Shown: piece by piece, positions 12,022 through 25,943 of the stretch
Layout of the letters: each line of letters starts with the position of its first letter
How positions within the stretch are numbered: position 1 is the stretch's first letter
DNA from: Escherichia coli
GTDB lineage: Bacteria > Pseudomonadota > Gammaproteobacteria > Enterobacterales > Enterobacteriaceae
NCBI RefSeq assembly: GCF_024700885.2
Contig: NZ_CP117016.1
Reading direction: 5' to 3' (one strand)
DNA: 64,000 nt
Notes under the pieces: model-generated
Seen by the model: only the letters and a program-made list of their open reading frames with translations
The model's database searches: none
Told to the model about the DNA's origin: nothing
Program-made: the position numbers and the translations under genes

Positions 12022-12482
12022 CCTTCTGTTTCTCCTTGCTGACAAAGCCGGAGTCTTCCCCACGGCGAAACCACCAGCCACCACTCGCCCGTTGAGTTTT
12101 TGAAGCGAATATGCCCGGCCCATGCGGTATTGCGCAGGCCAAAGAAAGCAAGCGAAGGTGTCAGGTCGCTCATTTCGACTTCGGGCCAGCGTGGCACAAA
12201 GACCAATGGTGAACTGCCATGACAGGTATTCGCCCCAGCAACGGAACTCACCAGGCACCATAACGTCCCCTCCCTGATAACACTGATACTGTGGTCGCGG
12301 TTATGCCAGTTGGCATCTTCACGTAAATAGAGCAAATAGTCCCGCGCCTGGCTGGCGGTTTGCCAAAGCCGTTGCGACTGCTGCCAATATTGCCAGCCAT
12401 AGAGCCCACTTGCGCTTAGCATGACCAGAATCAGCATCGCGACCAGCGTTTCAATCAGCGTATAACCACGTTGTGTTTTCAT
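12012..12482 (-). CDS. ppdA: Prepilin peptidase-dependent protein A
   Basis: 156-aa [25 protein letters not shown] (prepilin N-terminal motif). Confidence 0.85.
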   Translation of the reverse strand: MKTQRGYTLIETLVAMLILVMLSASGLYGWQYWQQSQRLWQTASQARDYLLYLREDANWHNRDHSISVIREGTLWCLVSSVAGANTCHGSSPLVFVPRWPEVEMSDLTPSLAFFGLRNTAWAGHIRFKNSTGEWWLVVSPWGRLRLCQQGETEGCL

Positions 12483-12617
12483 GCCGGCAGTATGGAGCGA
12501 GGAGAAAAAAAGACGAGGGCCAGTTTCTATTTCTTCGGCACATCTTCCGGACTATTTACGCCGTTGCAGGACGTTGCAAAATTTCGGGAAGGCGTCTCGA
12601 AGAATTTAACGGAGAGT

Positions 12618-12645
12618 AAAAAAAACCGACGCACACTGGCGTCGG
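12618..12645 (-). terminator. Intrinsic terminator downstream of thyA
   Basis: Stem CCGACGC/GCGTCGG (12626-12632 / 12639-12645) followed on the minus strand by a U8 run (plus-strand A-run 12618-12625). Confidence 0.7.
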
Positions 12646-12666
12646 CTCTGGCAGGATGTTTCGTAA

Positions 12667-13461
12667 TTAGATAGCCACCGGCGCTTTAATGCCCGGATGC
12701 GGATCGTAGCCTTCAATCTCAAAGTCTTCGAAACGGTAGTCGAAGATGGATTCGGGTTTACGTTTGATAATCAACTTCGGCAGCGGACGCGGTTCGCGGC
12801 TTAATTGCAGATGAGTTTGATCCATATGATTGCTGTACAGGTGCGTATCGCCACCGGTCCAGACAAAATCACCCACTTCCAGATCGCACTGCTGCGCCAT
12901 CATATGCACCAGTAACGCGTAGCTGGCAATGTTGAACGGCAGGCCGAGGAAGACGTCACAGGAGCGCTGATAAAGCTGGCAAGAGAGTTTGCCGTCTGCC
13001 ACATAGAACTGGAAGAATGCATGGCACGGTGCCAGCGCCATTTTATCCAGTTCGCCTACGTTCCACGCTGAAACAATAATGCGGCGGGAATCCGGGTCGT
13101 TTTTCAGCTGGTTCAGTACCGTAGTGATCTGGTCAATATGACGACCATCCGGCGTTGGCCAGGCGCGCCACTGTTTACCATACACTGGCCCGAGGTCGCC
13201 GTTTTCATCGGCCCATTCGTCCCAGATGGTGACATTGTTTTCGTGTAGATAAGCAATGTTAGTGTCGCCCTGCAGAAACCACAGCAGTTCATGGATGATG
13301 GAACGCAGGTGGCAACGTTTAGTTGTCACCAGCGGGAATCCATCCTGCAGGTTAAAACGCATCTGATGACCAAAAATGGAAAGCGTTCCGGTTCCGGTAC
13401 GGTCGTTTTTCTGTGTGCCTTCGTCGAGCACTTTTTGCATCAGTTCTAAATACTGTTTCAT
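12667..13461 (-). CDS. thyA: Thymidylate synthase
   Basis: 264-aa [34 protein letters not shown]; typical ThyA. Confidence 0.95.
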
Positions 13462-13467
13462 GGTTCC

Positions 13468-14343
13468 TCAGGAAACGTGTTGCTGTGGGCTGCGACGATA
13501 TGCCCAGACCATCATGATCACACCCGCGACAATCATCGGGATGGAAAGAATTTGCCCCATGCTGATGTACTGCACCCAGGCACCGGTAAACTGCGCGTCG
13601 GGCTGGCGGAAAAACTCAACAATGATGCGAAACGCGCCGTAGCCAATCAGGAACAAGCCTGAGACTGCTCCCATTGGGCGCGGTTTACGAATATACAGGT
13701 TGAGGATAATAAACAGCACCACACCTTCCAGCAGCAGCTCGTAAAGCTGTGATGGGTGGCGCGGCAGCACACCGTAAGTGTCGAAAATGGATTGCCACTG
13801 CGGGTTGGTTTGCAGCAGCAAAATATCTTCTGTACGGGAGCCAGGGAACAGCATGGCAAACGGGAAGTTCGGGTCAACGCGGCCCCACAATTCACCGTTA
13901 ATAAAGTTGCCCAGACGCCCGGCACCAAGACCAAACGGAATGAGTGGTGCGATAAAATCAGAGACCTGGAAGAAGGAACGTTTAGTACGGCGGGCGAAGA
14001 TAATCATCACCACGATAACGCCAATCAGGCCGCCGTGGAAGGACATGCCGCCGTCCCAGACACGGAACAGATACAGCGGATCGGCCATAAACTGCGGGAA
14101 GTTGTAGAACAGAACATAACCAATACGTCCACCGAGGAAGACGCCGAGGAAGCCCGCATAGAGTAAGTTTTCAACTTCATTTTTGGTCCAGCCGCTGCCC
14201 GGACGATTCGCCCGACGTGTTGCCAGCCACATTGCAAAAATGAAACCCACCAGATACATCAGGCCGTACCAGTGAAGCGCTACGGGTCCTATTGAGAAAA
14301 TGACCGGATCAAACTCCGGAAAATGCAGATAGCTACTGGTCAT
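13468..14343 (-). CDS. lgt: Prolipoprotein diacylglyceryl transferase
   Basis: 291-aa polytopic membrane ORF immediately upstream of thyA (lgt-thyA operon). Confidence 0.95.
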
Positions 14344-14493
14344 CTGTCACCACAAGTTCTTGTTATTTCGCTGAAAGAGAACAGCGATTGAAATGCGCGC
14401 CGCAGGTTTCAGGCGCTCCAAAGGTGCGAATAATAGCACAAGGGGACCTGGCTGGTTGCCGGATACCGTTAAAAGATATGTATATGATCCGCG

Positions 14494-16740
14494 CTATAAC
14501 CCTCCGCGAATCAACCCGCCCATGCCGCGACGCTCCATAAAGGCTGCAACCTGATGGCGAACTTCGGTCGCCAGTTGCGCTTCCAGACTACGCTGCGCAA
14601 GATTTTCTGCTTCGGCATAATCAATGCGCCGCAGCAGGTATTTTACGCGCGCTACAGAACGTCCGTTCATAGACAGATGACGATACCCAAGCCCAATGAG
14701 GATTGCCACGCACATGGGATCGCCCGCCATTTCACCGCACAAACGGAGATCGATACCATGTATTTCCGCTTCCCGAGCGATCATCGCCAGAGCTCGTAAC
14801 ATTGCAGGATGAAGACTGTCATAAATGTTCGCCACCCGGGTATTGTTGCGATCAACGGCCAGGATGTATTGAGTCAGATCGTTGGTGCCAACAGAGATAA
14901 AATCGACCCGCTTTGCCAGATGCGGCAGCATAAATACCATTGACGGCACTTCAAGCATGATGCCGATACGTGGTTTGGGAATTTCGTAACCGATCATCTC
15001 CTCGACTTCACGTCCGGCACGTTCAATCAGGCGGCGTGCTTCGTCAACTTCATCGAGGCTGGTGACCATCGGCAACAGAATATTCAGGTTGCCCGTAGCG
15101 GCATTAGCACGCAGCATCGCCCGCACCTGGATCAAGAAGATCTCCGGCTGATCGAGCGTAATGCGAATCCCACGCCAACCCAGGCATGGATTCTCTTCGC
15201 TGATCGGCATGTAAGGCAGCTGCTTATCTGCTCCGACATCCAGCGTACGCAAGGTGACGGGCTTATCATTGAACATTTGCAGCATCCCCTGATACTGCGC
15301 CACCTGTTCTTCTTCCGACGGAAAACCACTTTGCAGCATGAATGGGATTTCAGTGCGATAAAGTCCTATGCCATCAATACGGCTGCCCAGTTTTTCTTCA
15401 TGTTCCGGGCTTAAACCGGCATTGAGCATGACTTTTATACGCTCGCCACTTTTTAACTGCGCGGGTAAATTGACGTCATCTTCCGCCAGACGGCTAAGCT
15501 CAATCTCTTCACTAATTAGTCGCTGATATTCTTGCAGCAGTACCGGCTCCGGATCGACCAGCAATTCACCGCGATAACCATCGACAATCAGCGTCCGACG
15601 ATGCAGCACCGAAGGCTGAATATCCGCGCCCATCACGGTAGGGATCCCCAGCGCACGTACCATGATCGCAGCATGGGAGTTGGCTGCGCCATCGCGCACG
15701 ACAACACCGACTAAGCGATCCTGGGGCAGCTCAGCAAGCGTTGTTGCTGACAGTTCATCTGCCACCAGAATGAAACGTTCCGGCCAGGCGTTCGGCCCTT
15801 GATTAGCGTCATCAAGATGAAACAGCAATCGCTGACCCAGCGCACGTAAATCGCCAGCCCGCTCTTTGAGATAGTTATCGCTTAGCGCGGCAAACTGTTC
15901 GGCAAATTTTTCAATGACCGTTTTTACCGCCCACTCTGCCACCGAGCCTTTATCAACCTCGGCAAACAATTCGCGACGCAGCCGGGTGTCCGAAAGCAGG
16001 TGCGAGTAAAGATCGAAAATAGCCGCCGTTTCTTTTTGTGCACCGGCGGCAAAGCGTTTGCTGTAGCGGCGAAACTCGTTTGCCGCTTCTTCCAGCGCCC
16101 CGGTCAGTCGTTCGCGTTCCAGAGCCGGATCCAGCGTTGATGCCTGATACACCTGTTCCATTAAAGGTAACGTGGCATCCTGCCAGCCTTCGGCAATCGC
16201 TACACCAGGCGCTGCCGGTAATGCACGGATTCGCGTCTGGCGATATTGCCCAAACAAGGCAGTCAACTGCGACTGAGAAAGAATCGCTGCCATCTGGGTG
16301 GCAAGCGTCACCAGGAAGGATTCTTCACTTTCGTCATACTGGCGCAACTCTCGTTGCTGTACCACCAGTACACCAAGCAACTGGCGACGTTGAATAATTG
16401 GTACGCCTAAAAACGCGCGGAAACGTTCTTCTTTTACGGAGGGGATGTATTTGAAGCTGGGGTGCTTTTGCGCATCTGCAAGGTTTATCGGTTCCGCCAG
16501 CCTGCCAACCAGGCCGACGATCCCTTCATCAAACGCGAGCGTTACAGTGCGACCGCGTGGTTTTTTCAGCCCCCGGGTCGCCATCAGGTAGTAACAACGT
16601 CGATCATGATCGGCCAGGTAAACCGAACAGACCTCGGTATCCATCGCAAGACAGATGTCGGTAACCAGAATATTTAACGCCTCATTCAGGCGTGGTGCGC
16701 TGGCTACCTTTTCGACTATTTCGCGCAGGCGAGTGAGCAT
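14494..16740 (-). CDS. ptsP: PEP-protein phosphotransferase enzyme I-Ntr (GAF + EI domains)
   Basis: 748-aa ORF with N-terminal GAF-like domain and C-terminal enzyme I PEP-utilizing domain. Confidence 0.95.
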   Translation of the reverse strand: MLTRLREIVEKVASAPRLNEALNILVTDICLAMDTEVCSVYLADHDRRCYYLMATRGLKKPRGRTVTLAFDEGIVGLVGRLAEPINLADAQKHPSFKYIPSVKEERFRAFLGVPIIQRRQLLGVLVVQQRELRQYDESEESFLVTLATQMAAILSQSQLTALFGQYRQTRIRALPAAPGVAIAEGWQDATLPLMEQVYQASTLDPALERERLTGALEEAANEFRRYSKRFAAGAQKETAAIFDLYSHLLSDTRLRRELFAEVDKGSVAEWAVKTVIEKFAEQFAALSDNYLKERAGDLRALGQRLLFHLDDANQGPNAWPERFILVADELSATTLAELPQDRLVGVVVRDGAANSHAAIMVRALGIPTVMGADIQPSVLHRRTLIVDGYRGELLVDPEPVLLQEYQRLISEEIELSRLAEDDVNLPAQLKSGERIKVMLNAGLSPEHEEKLGSRIDGIGLYRTEIPFMLQSGFPSEEEQVAQYQGMLQMFNDKPVTLRTLDVGADKQLPYMPISEENPCLGWRGIRITLDQPEIFLIQVRAMLRANAATGNLNILLPMVTSLDEVDEARRLIERAGREVEEMIGYEIPKPRIGIMLEVPSMVFMLPHLAKRVDFISVGTNDLTQYILAVDRNNTRVANIYDSLHPAMLRALAMIAREAEIHGIDLRLCGEMAGDPMCVAILIGLGYRHLSMNGRSVARVKYLLRRIDYAEAENLAQRSLEAQLATEVRHQVAAFMERRGMGGLIRGGL

Positions 16741-16752
16741 AATTGGCGTGAC

Positions 16753-17283
16753 TTAACCTCTTTTACGTCGATAAGCAGATGCGTTTTGTGGTTTTGGCGT
16801 ATTTTCCTGCAGTGACATCACCACACTCGCGAACTCTTTCATTACCCTACGGTAGACATCACGTTTAAATGACACCACCTGTCTGACTGGATACCAGTAA
16901 CTTACCCATCGCCAGCCGTCAAACTCTGGTGTACTGCTGGTTTGCATATTGATTTCTGCATCGCCGCTCACCAGCTGCAAGAGAAACCATTTTTGTTTTT
17001 GGCCGATACAAACCGGCTTCGTGTCCCAACGCACCAAACGTTTCGGTAATTTGTAGCGCAACCAGTTACGCGTTGAAGCAAGGATTCGAACGTCTTTACG
17101 GCTTAATCCTACTTCTTCAAACAATTCACGGTACATCGCCTGCTCTGCGGATTCTCCGGGGTTGATTCCGCCTTGCGGAAATTGCCAGGAGTGCTGACCA
17201 AATCGCCGGGCCCACATTACCTGCCCCTGGCGATTACAAATCACGATACCTACGTTTGGGCGGTAGCCATCGTCATCAATCAC
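16753..17283 (-). CDS. rppH: RNA pyrophosphohydrolase (Nudix)
   Basis: 176-aa ORF with Nudix box [22 protein letters not shown]. Confidence 0.95.
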
Positions 17284-17425
17284 CGGACTACCTCAAAATA
17301 AAGCTTTATATACGAATGATTGTTTCATACTCCAGGAAGACGGTAAACCACTCTCTGCAGGGCATTACACACTAATAACAATTGAATAACTCACAGTTAT
17401 GTGCAGAGTTATAAACAGAAGAAGG

Positions 17426-17779
17426 GGTGGATAGCCGTTTTTATTCACCTTTTCTGTGGATAGAGTTGTGAAGAACTACGGAATTACTACGGGAAAACCC
17501 GGAGCATTCTGAATAAGCCCGATATAGACATTTTAAAATATTCATTATCAGTCAATGCATTACATGTGATTTGAGTAATAAAAAAGAGTAATTCGTGACC
17601 CAGGTCACACCTCTCATTTACGGGTTGGCGAAAGATCAACCAATGCGGTATTTATCCACAGAATGTGCCACTAAGTTAAGCACTGAACCACTAAAAACTG
17701 GAGTTTCGTCGCACGTCAAGGCTGTAAATGGAAACAGTAGTGGAGGTTTTTCACAGTTATCCCAGCTTTCTGTGGATAA
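17426..17779. promoter_or_regulatory. DnaA-box cluster consistent with DARS2 (DnaA-reactivating sequence 2)
   Basis: Three closely spaced DnaA-box-like 9-mers at 17426-17434, 17442-17450 and 17455-17463, plus two perfect TTATCCACA boxes in inverted orientation at 17652-17660 and 17771-17779. DARS2 is reported in the intergenic region upstream of mutH. Confidence 0.55.
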
Positions 17780-17967
17780 CATGGTGTAAGATCCTGTTTA
17801 TTTTCAGTGACCAGATTTGGAAAACCCGTTTCAGTGTTGCGCAACTCGATTACCGACAATCTAAAAAGCAATATAAATCAGAGAATTGAACAACGCATGT
17901 GGAAAAAGTTACACTGCGAATATTCGGCACAGAAATGCTGTTTGTTTTTTAACCAAGGTATCATGAC

Positions 17968-18657
17968 ATGTCCCAACCTCGCCCACTGCTCTCTCCTCCC
18001 GAAACTGAAGAACAGTTGTTAGCGCAAGCACAGCAACTTTCTGGTTATACATTGGGAGAACTGGCGGCACTTGCCGGGCTGGTGACGCCAGAGAATTTAA
18101 AACGCGATAAGGGCTGGATTGGCGTGTTACTGGAGATCTGGCTAGGTGCCAGCGCAGGAAGTAAACCTGAGCAAGATTTTGCTGCTCTGGGCGTGGAACT
18201 TAAAACTATCCCTGTGGATAGTCTTGGTCGTCCGCTGGAAACAACATTCGTTTGTGTAGCCCCGTTAACGGGTAATAGCGGGGTGACCTGGGAAACCAGC
18301 CACGTACGCCACAAGCTCAAACGCGTACTGTGGATACCGGTTGAAGGCGAGCGCAGCATCCCGCTGGCGCAGCGTCGCGTAGGATCACCGTTACTGTGGA
18401 GCCCGAATGAAGAGGAAGACCGACAGCTACGCGAAGACTGGGAAGAATTAATGGATATGATTGTTCTCGGTCAGGTTGAGCGGATTACCGCTCGTCACGG
18501 GGAATATTTACAGATACGACCGAAAGCAGCGAATGCGAAAGCGCTGACCGAAGCCATTGGTGCCCGGGGCGAACGGATTCTGACGCTGCCACGCGGCTTT
18601 TATTTGAAGAAGAATTTCACCAGTGCACTACTGGCCCGTCATTTTCTGATCCAGTAG
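17968..18657 (+). CDS. mutH: Methyl-directed mismatch repair endonuclease MutH
   Basis: 229-aa [36 protein letters not shown]. Confidence 0.95.
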
Positions 18658-18725
18658 CCATCGCTTTGACCTGCCGCTTTCCGGGCATATAATTACCGCT
18701 TCATTTTTTTGGCAGGGCTTTTTAG

Positions 18726-19439
18726 ATGTTATTTGCATGGATAACCGATCCTAACGCCTGGCTTGCGCTCGGTACGCTGACGCTGCTGGAGATCGTTCTT
18801 GGGATCGACAATATTATTTTCCTTTCTCTGGTGGTGGCAAAGCTTCCCACAGCACAACGTGCTCATGCGCGCCGTCTGGGGTTGGCGGGAGCCATGGTTA
18901 TGCGTCTGGCGCTGCTGGCATCCATCGCCTGGGTTACGCGCCTGACGAATCCGCTTTTTACAATATTCAGTCAGGAAATTTCCGCCCGTGATTTGATTCT
19001 GCTTCTGGGTGGCTTGTTCCTTATCTGGAAAGCCAGCAAGGAAATCCACGAATCCATCGAAGGTGAAGAAGAAGGGCTGAAAACACGCGTTTCATCATTC
19101 CTCGGCGCTATCGTGCAGATTATGCTGCTGGATATTATCTTCAGCCTCGACTCGGTGATTACCGCTGTGGGTCTGTCAGATCACCTGTTTATTATGATGG
19201 CCGCCGTGGTGATTGCCGTAGGCGTGATGATGTTTGCCGCGCGCTCGATTGGTGATTTTGTCGAACGCCATCCTTCGGTAAAAATGCTGGCGCTCTCTTT
19301 CCTGATTCTGGTGGGCTTTACCCTGATTCTTGAAAGTTTCGACATCCACGTACCGAAAGGTTACATCTACTTCGCGATGTTCTTCTCTATTGCGGTTGAA
19401 AGCCTCAACCTGATTCGCAACAAAAAGAATCCGCTCTGA
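18726..19439 (+). CDS. ygdQ: TerC-family integral membrane protein
   Basis: 237-aa hydrophobic ORF, TerC-like. Confidence 0.85.
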
Positions 19440-19576
19440 TACTCCGTACGCTCTCCTGCGGGAGGGCGTACTCACTCCTGTTACCCTCACAGTTTAAGAT
19501 TTTCCTGCTTTCAAGATATATAACGTCGGTTTATAAACAGACTATTATCATAGGTGGGCCAAATGAGGATAACCGG

Positions 19577-19795
19577 ATGAAAAAATGGGCAGTAATAATT
19601 TCTGCAGTCGGACTGGCGTTTGCTGTTTCCGGGTGTTCCAGTGATTACGTCATGGCGACCAAAGATGGCCGTATGATTTTGACCGATGGAAAACCTGAAA
19701 TTGATGATGATACCGGGCTGGTGAGTTATCACGATCAGCAAGGTAACGCGATGCAAATTAACCGTGATGATGTTTCGCAAATTATTGAACGTTAA
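19577..19795 (+). CDS. ygdR: Small lipoprotein YgdR
   Basis: 72-aa ORF with lipobox LAFAVSGC; RBS GAGGA upstream. Confidence 0.85.
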
Positions 19796-19902
19796 CAAAT
19801 AAGGTCAGCATCCGGCTGGCCTTAAGATTTTTCTCTTTCCCTTTTCCCTTCCCTCTGCCATTTTTATATTCCTTATGTCGTGATTATAAAAAGGAAACGG
19901 CT

Positions 19903-20943
19903 ATGCAATATCACCGTATACCCCACAGTTCGCTGGAAGTCAGCACGCTGGGGCTTGGCACGATGACGTTTGGTGAACAGAACAGCGAAGCCGACGCCCA
20001 CGCACAACTCGACTATGCCGTCGCTCAGGGCATTAACCTTATCGACGTTGCCGAAATGTACCCAGTACCTCCGCGCCCCGAAACGCAAGGGTTAACCGAA
20101 ACCTACGTCGGCAACTGGCTGGCGAAACATGGCAGCCGCGAAAAGTTAATTATCGCCTCCAAAGTGAGCGGACCGTCGCGCAATAATGACAAAGGCATCC
20201 GCCCGGATCAGGCGCTGGATCGGAAGAATATCCGCGAAGCGCTGCATGACAGCCTCAAGCGTCTGCAGACTGATTACCTCGATCTTTATCAGGTGCACTG
20301 GCCGCAGCGCCCAACCAACTGCTTCGGCAAACTCGGTTATAGCTGGACAGATTCTGCGCCTGCGGTTTCGCTGCTGGATACGCTGGACGCACTGGCAGAG
20401 TACCAACGCGCGGGAAAAATTCGTTATATCGGCGTGTCGAACGAAACTGCATTTGGCGTAATGCGCTATCTGCATCTGGCGGACAAACACGATCTGCCGC
20501 GTATTGTCACCATTCAGAACCCTTACAGTCTGTTAAACCGCAGTTTTGAAGTAGGTCTGGCAGAAGTCAGCCAGTATGAAGGGGTCGAACTGCTGGCCTA
20601 TTCGTGCCTGGGTTTCGGCACGCTGACCGGGAAATATCTCAATGGTGCAAAACCCGCTGGCGCACGTAATACGCTCTTTAGTCGGTTCACCCGCTATAGC
20701 GGTGAGCAAACGCAAAAAGCCGTCGCGGCGTATGTTGATATAGCCAGACGTCATGGCCTGGATCCTGCACAGATGGCGCTCGCTTTTGTACGCCGTCAAC
20801 CGTTTGTTGCCAGCACTCTGCTGGGCGCAACCACGATGGAGCAGCTGAAAACTAACGTCGAAAGTTTGCATCTGGAGTTAAGCGAAGACATATTAGCTGA
20901 AATTGAAGCGGTACATCAGGTTTATACTTATCCGGCACCATAA
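19903..20943 (+). CDS. tas: Aldo-keto reductase Tas
   Basis: 346-aa ORF of the AKR family. Confidence 0.9.
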   Translation: MQYHRIPHSSLEVSTLGLGTMTFGEQNSEADAHAQLDYAVAQGINLIDVAEMYPVPPRPETQGLTETYVGNWLAKHGSREKLIIASKVSGPSRNNDKGIRPDQALDRKNIREALHDSLKRLQTDYLDLYQVHWPQRPTNCFGKLGYSWTDSAPAVSLLDTLDALAEYQRAGKIRYIGVSNETAFGVMRYLHLADKHDLPRIVTIQNPYSLLNRSFEVGLAEVSQYEGVELLAYSCLGFGTLTGKYLNGAKPAGARNTLFSRFTRYSGEQTQKAVAAYVDIARRHGLDPAQMALAFVRRQPFVASTLLGATTMEQLKTNVESLHLELSEDILAEIEAVHQVYTYPAP

Positions 20944-20945
20944 GA

Positions 20946-20972
20946 TTAACGCCGGTTAAAACCGGCGTTAAA
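20946..20972. terminator. Palindromic hairpin between convergent tas and lplT (likely bidirectional terminator)
   Basis: AACGCCGGTT-AAAA-CCGGCGTT perfect inverted repeat. Confidence 0.55.
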
Positions 20973-20974
20973 TA

Positions 20975-24341
<3,367 letters not shown>

Positions 24342-24407
24342 TCAGTAAAAGCGAATGGAGGGAGATTACACGAGATAAAGAACGCGAGCGACAGTAAATT
24401 AGGTGCG

Positions 24408-24495
24408 AAAAAAAACCTGCGCATCCGCGCAGGTTGGTGCAAGAGACAGGGTACGAAGAGCGTACCGAATAATCTCACCAATCAATACCTCTGGG
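24408..24495 (-). ncRNA. omrA: Small regulatory RNA OmrA
   Basis: Minus strand reads CCCAGAGGTATTGATTGGTGAGATTATTCGGTACGCTCTTCGTACCCTGTCTCTTGCACCAACCTGCGCGGATGCGCAGGTTTTTTTT (88 nt) with terminal GC hairpin plus U-run; between aas and galR. Confidence 0.85.
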
Positions 24496-24610
24496 ATCTT
24501 GATTGTGGTCTGCACGACGACTCTTCGCCAGCGAGAAAACGCAAAGGAATGAAGGGAAATGCAACGAGGTGTGTAAATTGTCGGTTACTGTTACAGATTG
24601 ATGACCGGCA

Positions 24611-24692
24611 AAAAAAAACCTGCGCATCTGCGCAGGCTGGTGTAATTCATGTGCTCAACCCGAAGTTGACTTCACCTATCAATACCTCTGGG
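24611..24692 (-). ncRNA. omrB: Small regulatory RNA OmrB
   Basis: Paralogous copy sharing the 5' end CCCAGAGGTATTGAT and the 3' terminator CCTGCGCAGATGCGCAGG plus U-run with omrA; about 115 bp from omrA. Confidence 0.85.
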
Positions 24693-24905
24693 ATCACCAC
24701 TTTAGCAACCTGAAGCCAAACGCCACCAGCGGTCAATCGCAACAGCGTTTCGCAAAGTGTAACCAAAGGTTTGCAATCTCTTTTTTTGTCTTACTTATTT
24801 GCGTTTGGCTCACATTCCCACGATGAAAACACGCCGCCCCTTGAACCAACGGGCGTTTTCCGTAACACTGAAACAATGTAAGCGTTTACCCACTAAGGTA
24901 TTTTC

Positions 24906-25937
24906 ATGGCGACAATAAAGGATGTAGCCCGACTGGCAGGCGTTTCAGTCGCCACCGTTTCCCGCGTCATTAATAATTCACCCAAAGCCAGCGAAGCTTC
25001 CCGGCTGGCTGTGCATAGTGCAATGGAGTCTCTTAGCTATCACCCGAACGCCAACGCCCGTGCGCTGGCACAGCAGACCACTGAAACGGTCGGTCTGGTC
25101 GTTGGTGATGTTTCCGATCCGTTTTTCGGTGCAATGGTGAAAGCGGTCGAACAGGTGGCTTATCACACCGGTAATTTTTTATTGATTGGCAACGGTTACC
25201 ACAACGAACAAAAAGAGCGTCAGGCCATTGAGCAACTGATCCGCCATCGCTGTGCTGCGCTGGTTGTCCATGCCAAAATGATCCCGGATGCCGATTTAGC
25301 CTCATTAATGAAACAAATGCCCGGTATGGTGCTGATCAACCGTATCCTGCCTGGCTTTGAAAATCGTTGTATTGCTCTGGACGATCGTTACGGTGCCTGG
25401 CTGGCAACGCGTCATTTAATTCAGCAAGGTCATACCCGCATTGGTTATCTGTGCTCTAACCACTCTATTTCTGACGCCGAAGATCGTCTGCAAGGGTATT
25501 ACGATGCCCTTGCTGAAAGTGGTATTCCGGCCAATGATCGGCTGGTGACATTTGGCGAACCAGACGAAAGCGGCGGCGAACAGGCAATGACCGAGCTTTT
25601 GGGACGAGGAAGAAATTTCACTGCGGTAGCCTGTTATAACGATTCAATGGCGGCGGGCGCGATGGGCGTTCTCAATGATAATGGTATTGATGTACCGGGT
25701 GAGATTTCGTTAATTGGCTTTGATGATGTGCTGGTGTCACGCTATGTGCGCCCGCGTCTGACCACCGTGCGTTACCCAATCGTGACGATGGCGACGCAGG
25801 CTGCCGAACTGGCTTTGGCGCTGGCGGATAATCGCCCTCTCCCGGAAATCACTAATGTCTTTAGCCCGACGCTGGTACGTCGCCATTCAGTGTCAACTCC
25901 GTCGCTGGAGGCAAGTCATCATGCAACCAGCGACTAA
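24906..25937 (+). CDS. galR: Galactose operon repressor (LacI family)
   Basis: 343-aa ORF with N-terminal HTH MATIKDVARLAGVSVATVSRVINN. Confidence 0.95.
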   Translation: MATIKDVARLAGVSVATVSRVINNSPKASEASRLAVHSAMESLSYHPNANARALAQQTTETVGLVVGDVSDPFFGAMVKAVEQVAYHTGNFLLIGNGYHNEQKERQAIEQLIRHRCAALVVHAKMIPDADLASLMKQMPGMVLINRILPGFENRCIALDDRYGAWLATRHLIQQGHTRIGYLCSNHSISDAEDRLQGYYDALAESGIPANDRLVTFGEPDESGGEQAMTELLGRGRNFTAVACYNDSMAAGAMGVLNDNGIDVPGEISLIGFDDVLVSRYVRPRLTTVRYPIVTMATQAAELALALADNRPLPEITNVFSPTLVRRHSVSTPSLEASHHATSD

Positions 25938-25943
25938 CCGCAG

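Noticed and set aside
17595-18022. ORFs 17595..17789 (64 aa) and 17807..18022 (71 aa) between rppH and mutH
   Set aside because: No convincing RBS; they overlap the DnaA-box cluster and the mutH promoter and start region; more likely non-coding regulatory DNA.
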